Positions 10,048 through 18,449 of a DNA stretch of 64,000 nt are shown piece by piece (the first letter of the stretch is position 1; each line of letters starts with the position of its first letter). The position numbers and the translations under genes were made by a program. The notes under the pieces were generated by a model. The model did not search any database. It was not told the DNA's origin and worked only from the letters and a program-made list of their open reading frames with translations. Source of the stretch: a virus; the IMG/VR virus record IMGVR_UViG_3300029319_009305, positions 1 through 64,000 of that record. One strand, given 5' to 3'.

Positions 10048-10343
10048 GATCATTAAGTCAACTTGAACTGCGCAGCCTCATTCTCGAGGTCGCGAAAAGC
10101 AGTGAAGTCAAGGAATCAGAAATTAAAAAGGCTGTCATCAATTGCCTTAAAAAGGAAGGCGGAGCTGCCGGTATGAATGTCTGTATACAGACGGTCAAAA
10201 ATTTAGCAAAGGGTCGTAAAAAACTACCAAAAAATTTACGAACTAAAAAGCAGATTGGCAGATTTATATTAAGAATGGATAACGTCGTAAAACATCGCTA
10301 TGGCGATCTTATATTAACAACAGGTTTGCGTAGAAAAAAATGA
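10044..10343 (+). CDS. basic hypothetical protein with tag-like N-terminus
   Basis: ATGA overlaps on both sides. Confidence 0.65.
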   Translation: MRSLSQLELRSLILEVAKSSEVKESEIKKAVINCLKKEGGAAGMNVCIQTVKNLAKGRKKLPKNLRTKKQIGRFILRMDNVVKHRYGDLILTTGLRRKK

Positions 10344-10696
10344 AGATTAGTAGAAAACAGTTAAGGGCAATCATCTTAGAAGAGATATCTAAAGCTGCAC
10401 CTTTTGGTACAGGGATGAAGCAAGCAAAGCTTGATAAGGACAAAAAAGATATCATTGGTCATACGTGACTGACGCATGTTAAGCGGAAGGGTTCTGCTTT
10501 AAAAGAGGTCGGTGAGGTTATGTGGCACTCTCTTGATAAAAACGGCAACATCGAGGTTTACGATGTGCTATGGAGCAATGGTGTTGAAACTGATATTCCT
10601 GCTCACATGCTGGAAGGCGTCAAGCAGCAAGAACATCATCATAATGAACAGAGTGAGAAAACGCCCGCTGCAAAAAGAGTGTATAAGAAAAAGTAG
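10340..10696 (+). CDS. putative selenoprotein, 118 aa, in-frame TGA at 10466-10468 (residue 43)
   Basis: MKISRKQLRAIILEE tag; frame stays open 75 codons past the TGA (GHT*LTHV...WHSLDKNGNIEVYDVLWSNGVETDIP...EHHH); SECIS-like hairpin directly 3' of the TGA. Confidence 0.7.
10468..10513 (+). promoter_or_regulatory. candidate bacterial SECIS element
   Basis: Upper stem AAGCGGAA(10481-88)/TTCTGCTT(10492-99) with GGG loop 20 nt after UGA; lower stem ACTGAC(10468-73)/GTCGGT(10508-13). Confidence 0.6.
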
Positions 10697-10751
10697 TATA
10701 CACGTGCAAATCTTACTTTAATGTGGTATAATAAAAATAAAAGGAGTTTTT

Positions 10752-11684
10752 ATGTCCACAAGGCTTGGTTATGCATGTATCAATATGACACTTCAACAAC
10801 AAAAACCAAAAATTACTTGCAACAGGGGTATGATAAAGAGAACTTTCAAAACAAAAGGTTTGAACTACGCATCCGAATTATCCCTGTACAATACTAGCAA
10901 CATTCTACCAATACTTAAATGGAATGAAGCCAATGGCATAAAAGTTTTTAGAATCACCTCATGCCTCTTCCCATGGGGAAGCGAATATGAATTGGAGCAA
11001 CTTAAAGATTATGAAATCATTTGCAAGCACCTAGCAGCAGCAGGAAAGTATGCACTTGAAAACAATCACAGACTTTCATTCCATCCTGGACCCTTTAATA
11101 TTCTTTCTTCTCCGAAACCACATGTTGTTGAAAATTCTTTTAAAGATCTAGAAATGCATGGAAAGATATTTGATCTAATGGGAATGCCAAGAAGCCCACA
11201 ATCAAAAATTAACATCCATGTTGGCGCATCGTACAGTGAGCGCGAGACATCTCTTGCCCGATTTTGTAAAAACTTTGAAAGGCTAAGCGAATCAGTTCGA
11301 AGCCGTCTTACGGTAGAAAACGACGATAAAGGTAATCTTTACTCTACTAAGATGCTCTATCATGGTGTTTTCGAAGAAATTGGAATCCCTATTGTTTTTG
11401 ATTCACATCACTTTGAATGCGGCCCACAAGATACTGATTACGAAGAGGCATTCCTATTAGCTAATGATACATGGCCCGAAGGGATTCGACAACAGTGTCA
11501 TCATTCAAATTCAAAGGCTCTTTATGAAGACGAAAAAGTAATGATTAATGCGCATAGTGATTGGTACTATGAACCCTTTAATGATTGTGGTTTTGACGTT
11601 GATGTTGTTTTAGAATGTAAAAAGAAAGAACTGGCACTTTTAAAGTACAGAAAAGATTTTTTGGGTGAAGATGGAAGCAAATAA
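10752..11684 (+). CDS. uvsE: UV damage endonuclease
   Basis: RLGYACIN, RLSFHPG, INIHVG, RLTVENDD, FDSHH, HSD and LECK.KE motifs. Confidence 0.92.
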   Translation: MSTRLGYACINMTLQQQKPKITCNRGMIKRTFKTKGLNYASELSLYNTSNILPILKWNEANGIKVFRITSCLFPWGSEYELEQLKDYEIICKHLAAAGKYALENNHRLSFHPGPFNILSSPKPHVVENSFKDLEMHGKIFDLMGMPRSPQSKINIHVGASYSERETSLARFCKNFERLSESVRSRLTVENDDKGNLYSTKMLYHGVFEEIGIPIVFDSHHFECGPQDTDYEEAFLLANDTWPEGIRQQCHHSNSKALYEDEKVMINAHSDWYYEPFNDCGFDVDVVLECKKKELALLKYRKDFLGEDGSK

Positions 11685-11871
11685 TATTCGATATCCTGAT
11701 GCAGGTGACTTAATCCATTGTTCAAAAGGTGTTGGCTTGGTTATTAAGACAGCCGTTATAAAATACGCCGGGCTAGTGGGCACAGTTTATTTTGCAGACG
11801 GTTCCCTTCGGAAAGTTAATTTATCCTTTAAACCCATAACTATATTATCAAGTGTGAATGATGAAAATTAA
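11671..11871 (+). CDS. small 'GDL' family protein
   Basis: AGDLI motif, G.GLV strand. Confidence 0.55.
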   Translation: MEANNIRYPDAGDLIHCSKGVGLVIKTAVIKYAGLVGTVYFADGSLRKVNLSFKPITILSSVNDEN

Positions 11872-12076
11872 AAAAGGTAGTTTAGTTCGATTCAAAAGAG
11901 AAGTTTTAAATCTAGACTTAGACAACAATTCGCTTAGTGAAGCTGAATATTTGAATTGGATTGGACTAGTTCTTAGTATCGACAAGGAAGAACCAGGTGA
12001 ACAAATGTGTTTCGTTAAATGGTCTGATGGTTTAATCAGGCCAGAATTTTTAGAGTATTTGGAGATAATAAAGTGA
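11858..12076 (+). CDS. small 'GDLV'-like family protein
   Basis: KKGSLVR...GLV...VKWSDG...LEII. Confidence 0.65.
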   Translation: MMKIKKGSLVRFKREVLNLDLDNNSLSEAEYLNWIGLVLSIDKEEPGEQMCFVKWSDGLIRPEFLEYLEIIK

Positions 12077-12191
12077 ATTGGTTGTGTGAAAATTTAAAAA
12101 CACAAAATAACACATTTAAGTTTTTCCAACTTAAAATATACTTTGTTAAAGCATGTCTTAGAATTTTTTGTCATTATTGGGGATGATTATT

Positions 12192-12458
12192 ATGACAAAC
12201 TCTGTTAATAATTGGTACGTTTATATAGTTGAGTGTGCAGATGGGACACTTTATACGGGCATAACAAAAGATATTAAACGTAGAATATTAGAACATAATT
12301 ATGGAATGAAGGGCGCTAAGTATACTAGATCTCGCCGACCTGTCAAGCTTTTGGTGTCTTGGGATTACGAAAGCAGATCTGCTGCTAGTATTCGCGAATA
12401 TCAAATTAAGAAAATGTCGAGAAAACAAAAAATGGTTTTGATTAATGAAAAAAGGTGA
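12192..12458 (+). CDS. GIY-YIG nuclease (YhbQ/UPF0213-like)
   Basis: WYVYIVECADGTLYTGIT, RR..EHN, GAKYTRSRRPV, E..IKK. Confidence 0.9.
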   Translation: MTNSVNNWYVYIVECADGTLYTGITKDIKRRILEHNYGMKGAKYTRSRRPVKLLVSWDYESRSAASIREYQIKKMSRKQKMVLINEKR

Positions 12459-12687
12459 TCTAGTCAAATGCATGGGAGCAAGTGACTTAAAGTTTGTAAA
12501 CGGAATTATACTTGCTGCATATGAAGGAGCTGCTGCATTCGGAATGGACCTTTTCCAAGTAATGACTACGAGTGGAGAAATAAAAACCTATACTAGCGCA
12601 GCTGTTAGACCTTTTGATTTTGACACGGACATCCCATCACACAGTAATCGTGCACGTCCAAAATCTATTAAAAAGAATTATAATTAG
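12445..12687 (+). CDS. small 'GDLV' family protein
   Basis: MKKGDLV; 14-nt overlap with upstream gene. Confidence 0.7.
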   Translation: MKKGDLVKCMGASDLKFVNGIILAAYEGAAAFGMDLFQVMTTSGEIKTYTSAAVRPFDFDTDIPSHSNRARPKSIKKNYN

Positions 12688-12701
12688 TTGATAGGAGTTT
12701 A

Positions 12702-12875
12702 ATGATGAAGGTTGGAGATTTAGTAAGACATAGTTTTCATAAAAAGCTAGGTATTGGAATAATAACAAATATCAAAGAAAATGGGTTATATTACTGGGTT
12801 TTCTTTTCTGGTTGGCAAGAAAATACAAAGTGGTGTTATTACGGAGATTTAGAAATTGTCAGTGAATGTAGGTGA
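12702..12875 (+). CDS. small 'GDLV' family protein (57 aa, below ORF-track cutoff)
   Basis: AGGAG SD; MMKVGDLVRH...DLEIVSECR*. Confidence 0.75.
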   Translation: MMKVGDLVRHSFHKKLGIGIITNIKENGLYYWVFFSGWQENTKWCYYGDLEIVSECR

Positions 12876-13125
12876 TTTAGTATGCTATAATTGCGCTGGC
12901 ATGAGGAAGAAGACTTTAGGATTCGTAATGTCAGAGTATATTACAGCTACAAAAAAAAGATTTATTATGATTAGGTGGATTCTCAAAGGAGAGTTTATGC
13001 CCAAATATGCATGGGAATATTATAGTCTGAAGGGTATGGATACTCCCTGGAATAATTATAACAAAACCTGTTTTGTATGGTATGAGCCGGCGGACTACTT
13101 TGAGGTGGTAAGTGAATGTAGGTGA
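12862..13125 (+). CDS. small 'GDLV' family protein
   Basis: GTG start MNVGDLV; ends FEVVSECR*. Confidence 0.7.
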   Translation: MNVGDLVCYNCAGMRKKTLGFVMSEYITATKKRFIMIRWILKGEFMPKYAWEYYSLKGMDTPWNNYNKTCFVWYEPADYFEVVSECR

Positions 13126-13285
13126 TTTAGTAAGATTCGAAGGGCGAATGGGAATCATTGTTGAGAGAGTAAGTTATGCTGACCTAGATCCAGATCCGGG
13201 CTGGCGTGTTTATTTTCCGCAAAACCCAATTTTAGTAATGATATTTTGGGAAACAGAGTTAGAGTTAATAAATGCAGCCGGGTGA
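13112..13285 (+). CDS. small 'GDLV' family protein (57 aa, below cutoff)
   Basis: MNVGDLVRFEG...ELELINAAG*. Confidence 0.7.
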   Translation: MNVGDLVRFEGRMGIIVERVSYADLDPDPGWRVYFPQNPILVMIFWETELELINAAG

Positions 13286-13460
13286 TTTGGTTAGATTACA
13301 ATCTATCGGTGGGTTACCTCCTAATTTAATTGGTTTAATTATAAACTGCACTACTGGAAAGCACGATGAGTACTTGCTTGTCCTGTGCAACAGCCGGCTC
13401 GTTTGGGTCAGAAAAATACAAGCGGAGAAGTTATCAAATGTTATCAGCAGAGTTGGGTGA
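13272..13460 (+). CDS. small 'GDLV' family protein
   Basis: MQPGDLV. Confidence 0.7.
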   Translation: MQPGDLVRLQSIGGLPPNLIGLIINCTTGKHDEYLLVLCNSRLVWVRKIQAEKLSNVISRVG

Positions 13461-13656
13461 TCTTGTTTTTGCCCGAAATTTTAAATATGTCGGGATTATT
13501 ATTAATTTAGACAAGAAAGACTTAGAGAGCGACAACATGATATGGGCACAAATCATGTGGAGCGACGGGCAAATTACTTGGGAAGACTTAAGAGGTACAG
13601 ATAACATTTTTCAATTACTAAAATTACAAAAAGAGTGTGCTGATGAAAGCAGGTGA
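13438..13656 (+). CDS. small 'GDLV' family protein
   Basis: MLSAELGDLV...IMWSDG. Confidence 0.65.
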   Translation: MLSAELGDLVFARNFKYVGIIINLDKKDLESDNMIWAQIMWSDGQITWEDLRGTDNIFQLLKLQKECADESR

Positions 13657-13837
13657 TTTAGTAATACTACACGAGTATAGGGTAGGATTAGTTGTTTTAA
13701 TTAATGAGATTGGACTAGCTTTCGTTCTCAGTCGATATGGTGTTGAAGTTTGGGATGCAGATGACTTGCAAGAATTTAATTATCTTAAAGAGGGTAGACA
13801 ATGGCGAAAAGAAAAAAGAATAAAATTAAAAAGATAG
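13643..13837 (+). CDS. small 'GDLV' family protein
   Basis: MKAGDLV; 14-nt overlap. Confidence 0.7.
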   Translation: MKAGDLVILHEYRVGLVVLINEIGLAFVLSRYGVEVWDADDLQEFNYLKEGRQWRKEKRIKLKR

Positions 13838-14067
13838 ACGAACTTCAAGAGCTTGAAGGGTATAGACTTGGCGATATTATTTACGCTAAGATTGTGACAG
13901 ACGAGGTTAGGAAAGGAGAGATAATGAAATTTTACCCTGATGACTCATCTGGCCCTGCGTTCATGTTCTTGGATGCTGTTGATAGCAAATACTTGATATC
14001 AAAAATAGAGTGGATCATTGACAAACCTACAGCTGCACAGAAAAAGAAGGCTTTGAAAAGTAGATAA
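13801..14067 (+). CDS. small SH3-like protein (YRLGDII)
   Basis: GAGGG SD; family motif. Confidence 0.6.
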   Translation: MAKRKKNKIKKIDELQELEGYRLGDIIYAKIVTDEVRKGEIMKFYPDDSSGPAFMFLDAVDSKYLISKIEWIIDKPTAAQKKKALKSR

Positions 14068-14297
14068 TGATATCAAGACATTATAAAGTACAAACTGGAG
14101 ATCTCGTTACTTATGAGGAAAAATATGCTAAATTGAAGAATAAATCTACCAGCTGTTACGGTATAATAATAAAGACCTATGAAAATGAAAATGGGTTAAC
14201 ACTAGTCATATACTGGTCAAATAAAAACATAACTGAAACAAGCGAATACTTTATTGAAAAAGTCGACAATGATTGGAGAAGAAAAAATGGAATTTAA
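14067..14297 (+). CDS. small 'GDLV' family protein
   Basis: QTGDLV...YGII...IYWS. Confidence 0.65.
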   Translation: MISRHYKVQTGDLVTYEEKYAKLKNKSTSCYGIIIKTYENENGLTLVIYWSNKNITETSEYFIEKVDNDWRRKNGI

Positions 14298-14541
14298 AGT
14301 AGGCGACATAGTAAGAATTAGTCAAGGCGTTGGAAAAGTAATATACATTGGTGATAGAAAGATGAAAGATCCGAACAATCCATCGGGACCATGCATTCCG
14401 AATGGTAAAAAGTTTTTAACAGTTCAAATTAAAACTCCGAGAACAAGCCCGTTAATGTATTACAATCACTATGCTTGGCCCGAATATGCTCGAATAGTTC
14501 CTAAAGAAGAATTAATGGCGTATGAAAAGAATTTAAAATAG
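14287..14541 (+). CDS. small 'GDIV' family protein
   Basis: MEFKVGDIV; GGAG SD. Confidence 0.65.
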   Translation: MEFKVGDIVRISQGVGKVIYIGDRKMKDPNNPSGPCIPNGKKFLTVQIKTPRTSPLMYYNHYAWPEYARIVPKEELMAYEKNLK

Positions 14542-14603
14542 TTTATGCTGCTCGTGTAAAATCTTATTGCACCTATTATAATAATTTTATTAGGAGATAA
14601 AAA

Positions 14604-15206
14604 ATGGGAAATATTCTAGATTACAGAACAATCACCTTCTTTGATGTTGAGACTACACACTTAGACCCAGCAAAAGGAGAAATTATTCAAATAGCAATTC
14701 TGACAGAGGATTCGCAAGGAAGACTAACCGAGTGGAGTACAAGGATTAAGCCACAACTCAAGCCCGGAACTTATAGTTCAAAAGCACTGGAGATCAACGG
14801 TTACAATGAAAAAGATTGGGCAGATGCACCGCTCTTTGCAGATGTCGCTGACACAATTGTTGAAAAGCTTCGCTGGGGACCTATTGTTGCTCACAACTCT
14901 TCTTTTGATATAGGGTTTGTTGAATCTTGTTTAGAAAGATATTCACCGTGGAGAAAATTATCTGTAATGGGATATAAGGGTCGAACCTTGCCGGAAGAAA
15001 AATTATTTCGTATAGGTTATCCTGTAATTGACACAGTAGCCCTTTCTTACCTAATGATCCCCACAGAACGACAGAATCTTAATTCATTGCGTGAGCACTT
15101 AGATATAACAACTGATGGCGCTCATGAGGCTGTTAAGGATGTTCACGACTGCCGCGCAGTATTCTGGCATTGTGTTAGCAACTGCATTGAGATACTTAAC
15201 AAATAA
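14604..15206 (+). CDS. DEDDh 3'-5' exonuclease (DnaQ-like)
   Basis: FFDVETT, VAHNSSFD, IDT, AHEAVKD. Confidence 0.9.
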   Translation: MGNILDYRTITFFDVETTHLDPAKGEIIQIAILTEDSQGRLTEWSTRIKPQLKPGTYSSKALEINGYNEKDWADAPLFADVADTIVEKLRWGPIVAHNSSFDIGFVESCLERYSPWRKLSVMGYKGRTLPEEKLFRIGYPVIDTVALSYLMIPTERQNLNSLREHLDITTDGAHEAVKDVHDCRAVFWHCVSNCIEILNK

Positions 15207-15211
15207 TTTTT

Positions 15212-15284
15212 GTGCACCCGGTAATACGCTCCGGCCCTTACAATATTTCTGACAGGCGCGAGATGCCTATTCTACCGGGTGCAC
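15212..15284 (+). ncRNA. candidate structured intergenic RNA
   Basis: Perfect 12-bp terminal stem GTGCACCCGGTA/TACCGGGTGCAC enclosing an AGGC..GCCT hairpin. Confidence 0.4.
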
Positions 15285-15314
15285 TCTTTCTTTTCACTAA
15301 AACTAGGTGTTGAT

Positions 15315-16130
15315 ATGCAGTACGAAGAGATTCATATTGATAATTATCTTGACGAAAATGTTAAACATGTTCTTAGCAACAAACTAATAACTTATGTTAC
15401 AGAAAATTGCGGGGGTTATATTTCCGGAGGGTTTGCAAGAAAAGTATACCGCCGTGAAGGTCTAACCGAGTATTTGAGTCACGGTGATATTGATATATAT
15501 TTTCATAGTTTCGAAGGTTTTAAAAAGGCAGAAGCACATTTCGAAAAGCAAGGTGTTTCAAAATATGATTCTATTACTGGGTCGTGTAGTCAATACAAGA
15601 CTTGGCTTTTTGACAATCCACACGTAAAAGTTCAACTAGTCAAAGCGTTCACGGGCCCGCCTTCTGAGCTTTTTAAAAGTTTTGATTTCACAAATAATAA
15701 GATTGCGATTTGTGGTTCAAAAGTTATTTATGACAAGTCAATCAACGATCTTGATTTTCATAAAAGGCTTGATATAAACAATTCTAACTCCCCTTTTCTT
15801 ATGAGTAGAATTTACAAATACATAAAATATCGAGGCTATAAATCTATCACCGAGTCTAGCAGAGTTCATATAACAGCTTGGCTAGCCAAGGCAAACCAAG
15901 GCCTTTGGGATTCTGAAAAATGTGGGGTAACTTGGTTTGACGGTGGTGTTTATAATCAGTGGTGTCTGCCCTGGTTAATAGCAAACAAGGAATTGTTAAC
16001 TGATACTGATTTGCTTTTGCTTTTGGGAAAAGTTATGTACAAGGAACAGCGAAGAATTTCTAACTACCAAAGTGTTTTTGAAACTAAAGACGTAGCTAGG
16101 GAAGAGCTATCAAATCGTTCAAATAATTAA
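15315..16130 (+). CDS. nucleotidyltransferase-like protein (Pol-beta superfamily)
   Basis: YISGGFAR, GDIDIYF, QLV and FDFT motifs. Confidence 0.65.
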   Translation: MQYEEIHIDNYLDENVKHVLSNKLITYVTENCGGYISGGFARKVYRREGLTEYLSHGDIDIYFHSFEGFKKAEAHFEKQGVSKYDSITGSCSQYKTWLFDNPHVKVQLVKAFTGPPSELFKSFDFTNNKIAICGSKVIYDKSINDLDFHKRLDINNSNSPFLMSRIYKYIKYRGYKSITESSRVHITAWLAKANQGLWDSEKCGVTWFDGGVYNQWCLPWLIANKELLTDTDLLLLLGKVMYKEQRRISNYQSVFETKDVAREELSNRSNN

Positions 16131-16144
16131 TTTAAAGGGGGGAA

Positions 16145-16747
16145 ATGGATATGACTCAAAAATTTAATCGAGTGCTGTACGCAGTCTTGTCAGATCTTGT
16201 GGAAAAACATATGACTAACGACATGTCGATAACTAAGCGAGAGCTACGAGATTTGTTGGAAGCTGATGTAAGCAATACAATGGTTGCTGTTTTCGAAGAT
16301 TACGACAAGATATATTCTAGTTCTGTAGATCAAGAAACAGATGAGCTTATCACTGTAAATGATACCCGATATACACGATCTGATATTATGCACCAACTTC
16401 TTCATGGTATACCTTACGAATCAAACGAAGACGTTAACGATTTAGCTTTTGATATTTTGCGTGCGATGAATTATAAACTCGCCGATGATTTTGTAATATT
16501 TCCTAACGCACATGACAAATCAACGTTGTATGTTAATCAGCGCTCTGTTGAGATTGCAAAGATATCAGTTCAACATGACAAAATATTTTTGCTTCCGCCT
16601 AAGGTTAAGTCTGATTTTAAAATTGTCAAGCACGTTTTCATTCAGTTGTTGTCTTGTATTTTAGATAAGAAGGCATCAAAGGATGACGCTACTGTTAAAG
16701 AAACAAAAGAAAAAAAGAAGCCTGTCCCTAATTTCGATTTTATTTAA
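16145..16747 (+). CDS. hypothetical protein
   Basis: G-rich SD; internal ITKRELRDLLE motif. Confidence 0.7.
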   Translation: MDMTQKFNRVLYAVLSDLVEKHMTNDMSITKRELRDLLEADVSNTMVAVFEDYDKIYSSSVDQETDELITVNDTRYTRSDIMHQLLHGIPYESNEDVNDLAFDILRAMNYKLADDFVIFPNAHDKSTLYVNQRSVEIAKISVQHDKIFLLPPKVKSDFKIVKHVFIQLLSCILDKKASKDDATVKETKEKKKPVPNFDFI

Positions 16748-16809
16748 ATAGACTTAACACATGCAAATTATTTAAAAAAACTTTATAATAATTTTATAAG
16801 GAGAAAATA

Positions 16810-16977
16810 ATGGGTGAGTTAATTAATCTCGATGAGTACAGAAAAAACAAAGAATTTAAGCGAATCTTTGATGAATTCGATCAAAGACTAATTGAATTAG
16901 GTGTTGAAATTGTTTGGGAAGCTAATATGCTAAACAGCGATGGTACGTGCACCAAAATTGGCGAAATAGATTTTTAA
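16810..16977 (+). CDS. hypothetical protein (MGELINLDEYRK)
   Basis: Promoter at 16761 and TAAGGAG SD. Confidence 0.6.
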   Translation: MGELINLDEYRKNKEFKRIFDEFDQRLIELGVEIVWEANMLNSDGTCTKIGEIDF

Positions 16978-17058
16978 CCAGTGCGTGTAAATTATTTAAA
17001 AAAACATTATAATACCAACATAATAAAAAACTAAAAACCAAAAAACAAGGACAAAAAA

Positions 17059-17811
17059 ATGAAACTTAATGTTAAAATCGAAGATATTCCGTTCGGATCA
17101 AATATTCAAGATGTTGAAGTACCAGCTATTCTCAAGAAGAAAGTAGCAACAGGACTAAACTATTTTGATGACGCACTAGGTGGTAAAGGCTTTACCCCAT
17201 CGATGGTATCACTTTTTATTGGTACACCAGGTAGTGGTAAGACAACAATGATGCTTACACTTGCTAATGAAATTGCTAGATCTGGTAATGTCGCAGTATT
17301 CAACACAGCAGAAGAATCACTACATCAAATCAAGATGACTTCTGAACGTTTGCGATTGCGCGGTGGTTTTCTTGTGGGTGCTGAAACACATGTGCCTACA
17401 TTGCTTAAAGGTTGTGATAAGCTTAGAGCAGCTAATCCTGACAAACACTTCTTTCTTATTGTTGACTCTTTGCAAACACTTGATGATGGTTATTTTAATA
17501 GTGGAAGAATTACGTCTGCTACTGCCGAACGTTCTCTACAATTGTTGACTAACTATGCAAAAGAACATGCATGCAACGTTATTTGTATTGGACAAGTTAC
17601 AAAAGATGGAAAGATGGCAGGAACACAAAAACTTAAGCACATGGTTGATGCCATGATTACGCTTGACGTTGAAAGAAAGGATGAGGAAATGCGCGGTTGT
17701 AGAATCCTATCGACTGAAAAGAATCGTTTTGGAGGTTGCGGACACACTTTTTTCCTACAACTTAAAGAAACAGGATTCACTGAACTTGGTAGAATATCTG
17801 ACGCATCGTAG
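17059..17811 (+). CDS. RadA/Sms-like RecA-family ATPase (ATPase domain only)
   Basis: GTPGSGKT Walker A, TAEES, IVDSLQT, TKDG..AG...LKHMVD and KNRFG signature; no zinc finger or Lon-like domain. Confidence 0.85.
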   Translation: MKLNVKIEDIPFGSNIQDVEVPAILKKKVATGLNYFDDALGGKGFTPSMVSLFIGTPGSGKTTMMLTLANEIARSGNVAVFNTAEESLHQIKMTSERLRLRGGFLVGAETHVPTLLKGCDKLRAANPDKHFFLIVDSLQTLDDGYFNSGRITSATAERSLQLLTNYAKEHACNVICIGQVTKDGKMAGTQKLKHMVDAMITLDVERKDEEMRGCRILSTEKNRFGGCGHTFFLQLKETGFTELGRISDAS

Positions 17812-17870
17812 GAGGTAGCGAGGAGACGTGCTCCCGGGGGCGGGGGAGAATAATACCGCCTAACTTTAAT

Positions 17871-17957
17871 GCCTTGGTGGTGGAATTGGTAGACACAGGA
17901 GACTTAAAATCTTCTGCCAGAATTGGCGTGCGGGTTCGAGTCCCGCCCGAGGCACCA
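17871..17957 (+). tRNA. tRNA-Leu(TAA)
   Basis: GCCTTGG/CCGAGGC acceptor stem, D-loop TGG, anticodon loop CTTAAAA, long variable arm, GGTTCGAGTCC, encoded CCA. Confidence 0.95.
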
Positions 17958-17966
17958 TTTATTTTT

Positions 17967-18040
17967 AAGACATCACTCGTTGGTTTAAATTATGTCCCGG
18001 GTGCTGAGTGATGTCTTCCTTGGTTTGGCACCCGGGACAT
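17967..18040 (+). ncRNA. candidate H-type pseudoknot
   Basis: Interleaved perfect stems 17967-78/18006-17 (12 bp) and 17992-18004/18028-40 (13 bp). Confidence 0.55.
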
Positions 18041-18061
18041 TTATTTTTTATTGAGGTTCAA

Positions 18062-18367
18062 ATGAAATACAACAAAAATTTGATTCAGTGGAGCAAAGAC
18101 AGAAAAAAACCAGCTGAAGATCCTGATTTGGTTTTTCGAAGAAGAAGAACTGCAATTCTTTCTGAGCTCAAGAGTCATGATGATCCAGTAGCTGAAAGAT
18201 ATGTCTATAGAGAGATCAGACGTGAATTCAGTACACACAAAGATTTTCTTAATATGTTACAGGGTCTTGTTAAAGAAAAGCTTGTGGTGATAAAGCAAGA
18301 CAAAAGTACGGGACAAGGCACTAAGTATGTTTTGACACGCAAAGGAAAGTCTCTAGTTCCATTTTAA
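18062..18367 (+). CDS. winged-helix DNA-binding protein
   Basis: L..LV.EKLV...Y.LT.KG wing pattern. Confidence 0.6.
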   Translation: MKYNKNLIQWSKDRKKPAEDPDLVFRRRRTAILSELKSHDDPVAERYVYREIRREFSTHKDFLNMLQGLVKEKLVVIKQDKSTGQGTKYVLTRKGKSLVPF

Positions 18368-18449
18368 AATTTATCTTTTCTGATGAGATTATACTCGTGT
18401 AATTACATATATATTATGTGGTACACGACTTAATTTCAGGGGGATTGAA

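Noticed and set aside
10512-10721. ORF-track 69-aa ORF MRLCGTLL...
   Set aside because: It is an alternative frame over the 3' half of the TGA-containing gene, and it runs into the next promoter.
17958-18040. Theta/HDV-like ribozyme behind the tRNA
   Set aside because: No G at the tRNA 3' junction, and no P3/L3/P1.1 nested elements or J4/2 catalytic C context; only a simple two-stem pseudoknot.
18008-18061. N-terminal extensions in the ORF track (e.g. 18008, 15279, 34908, 32365, 26451)
   Set aside because: They run through RNA structures or promoters; downstream ATGs have the SD.
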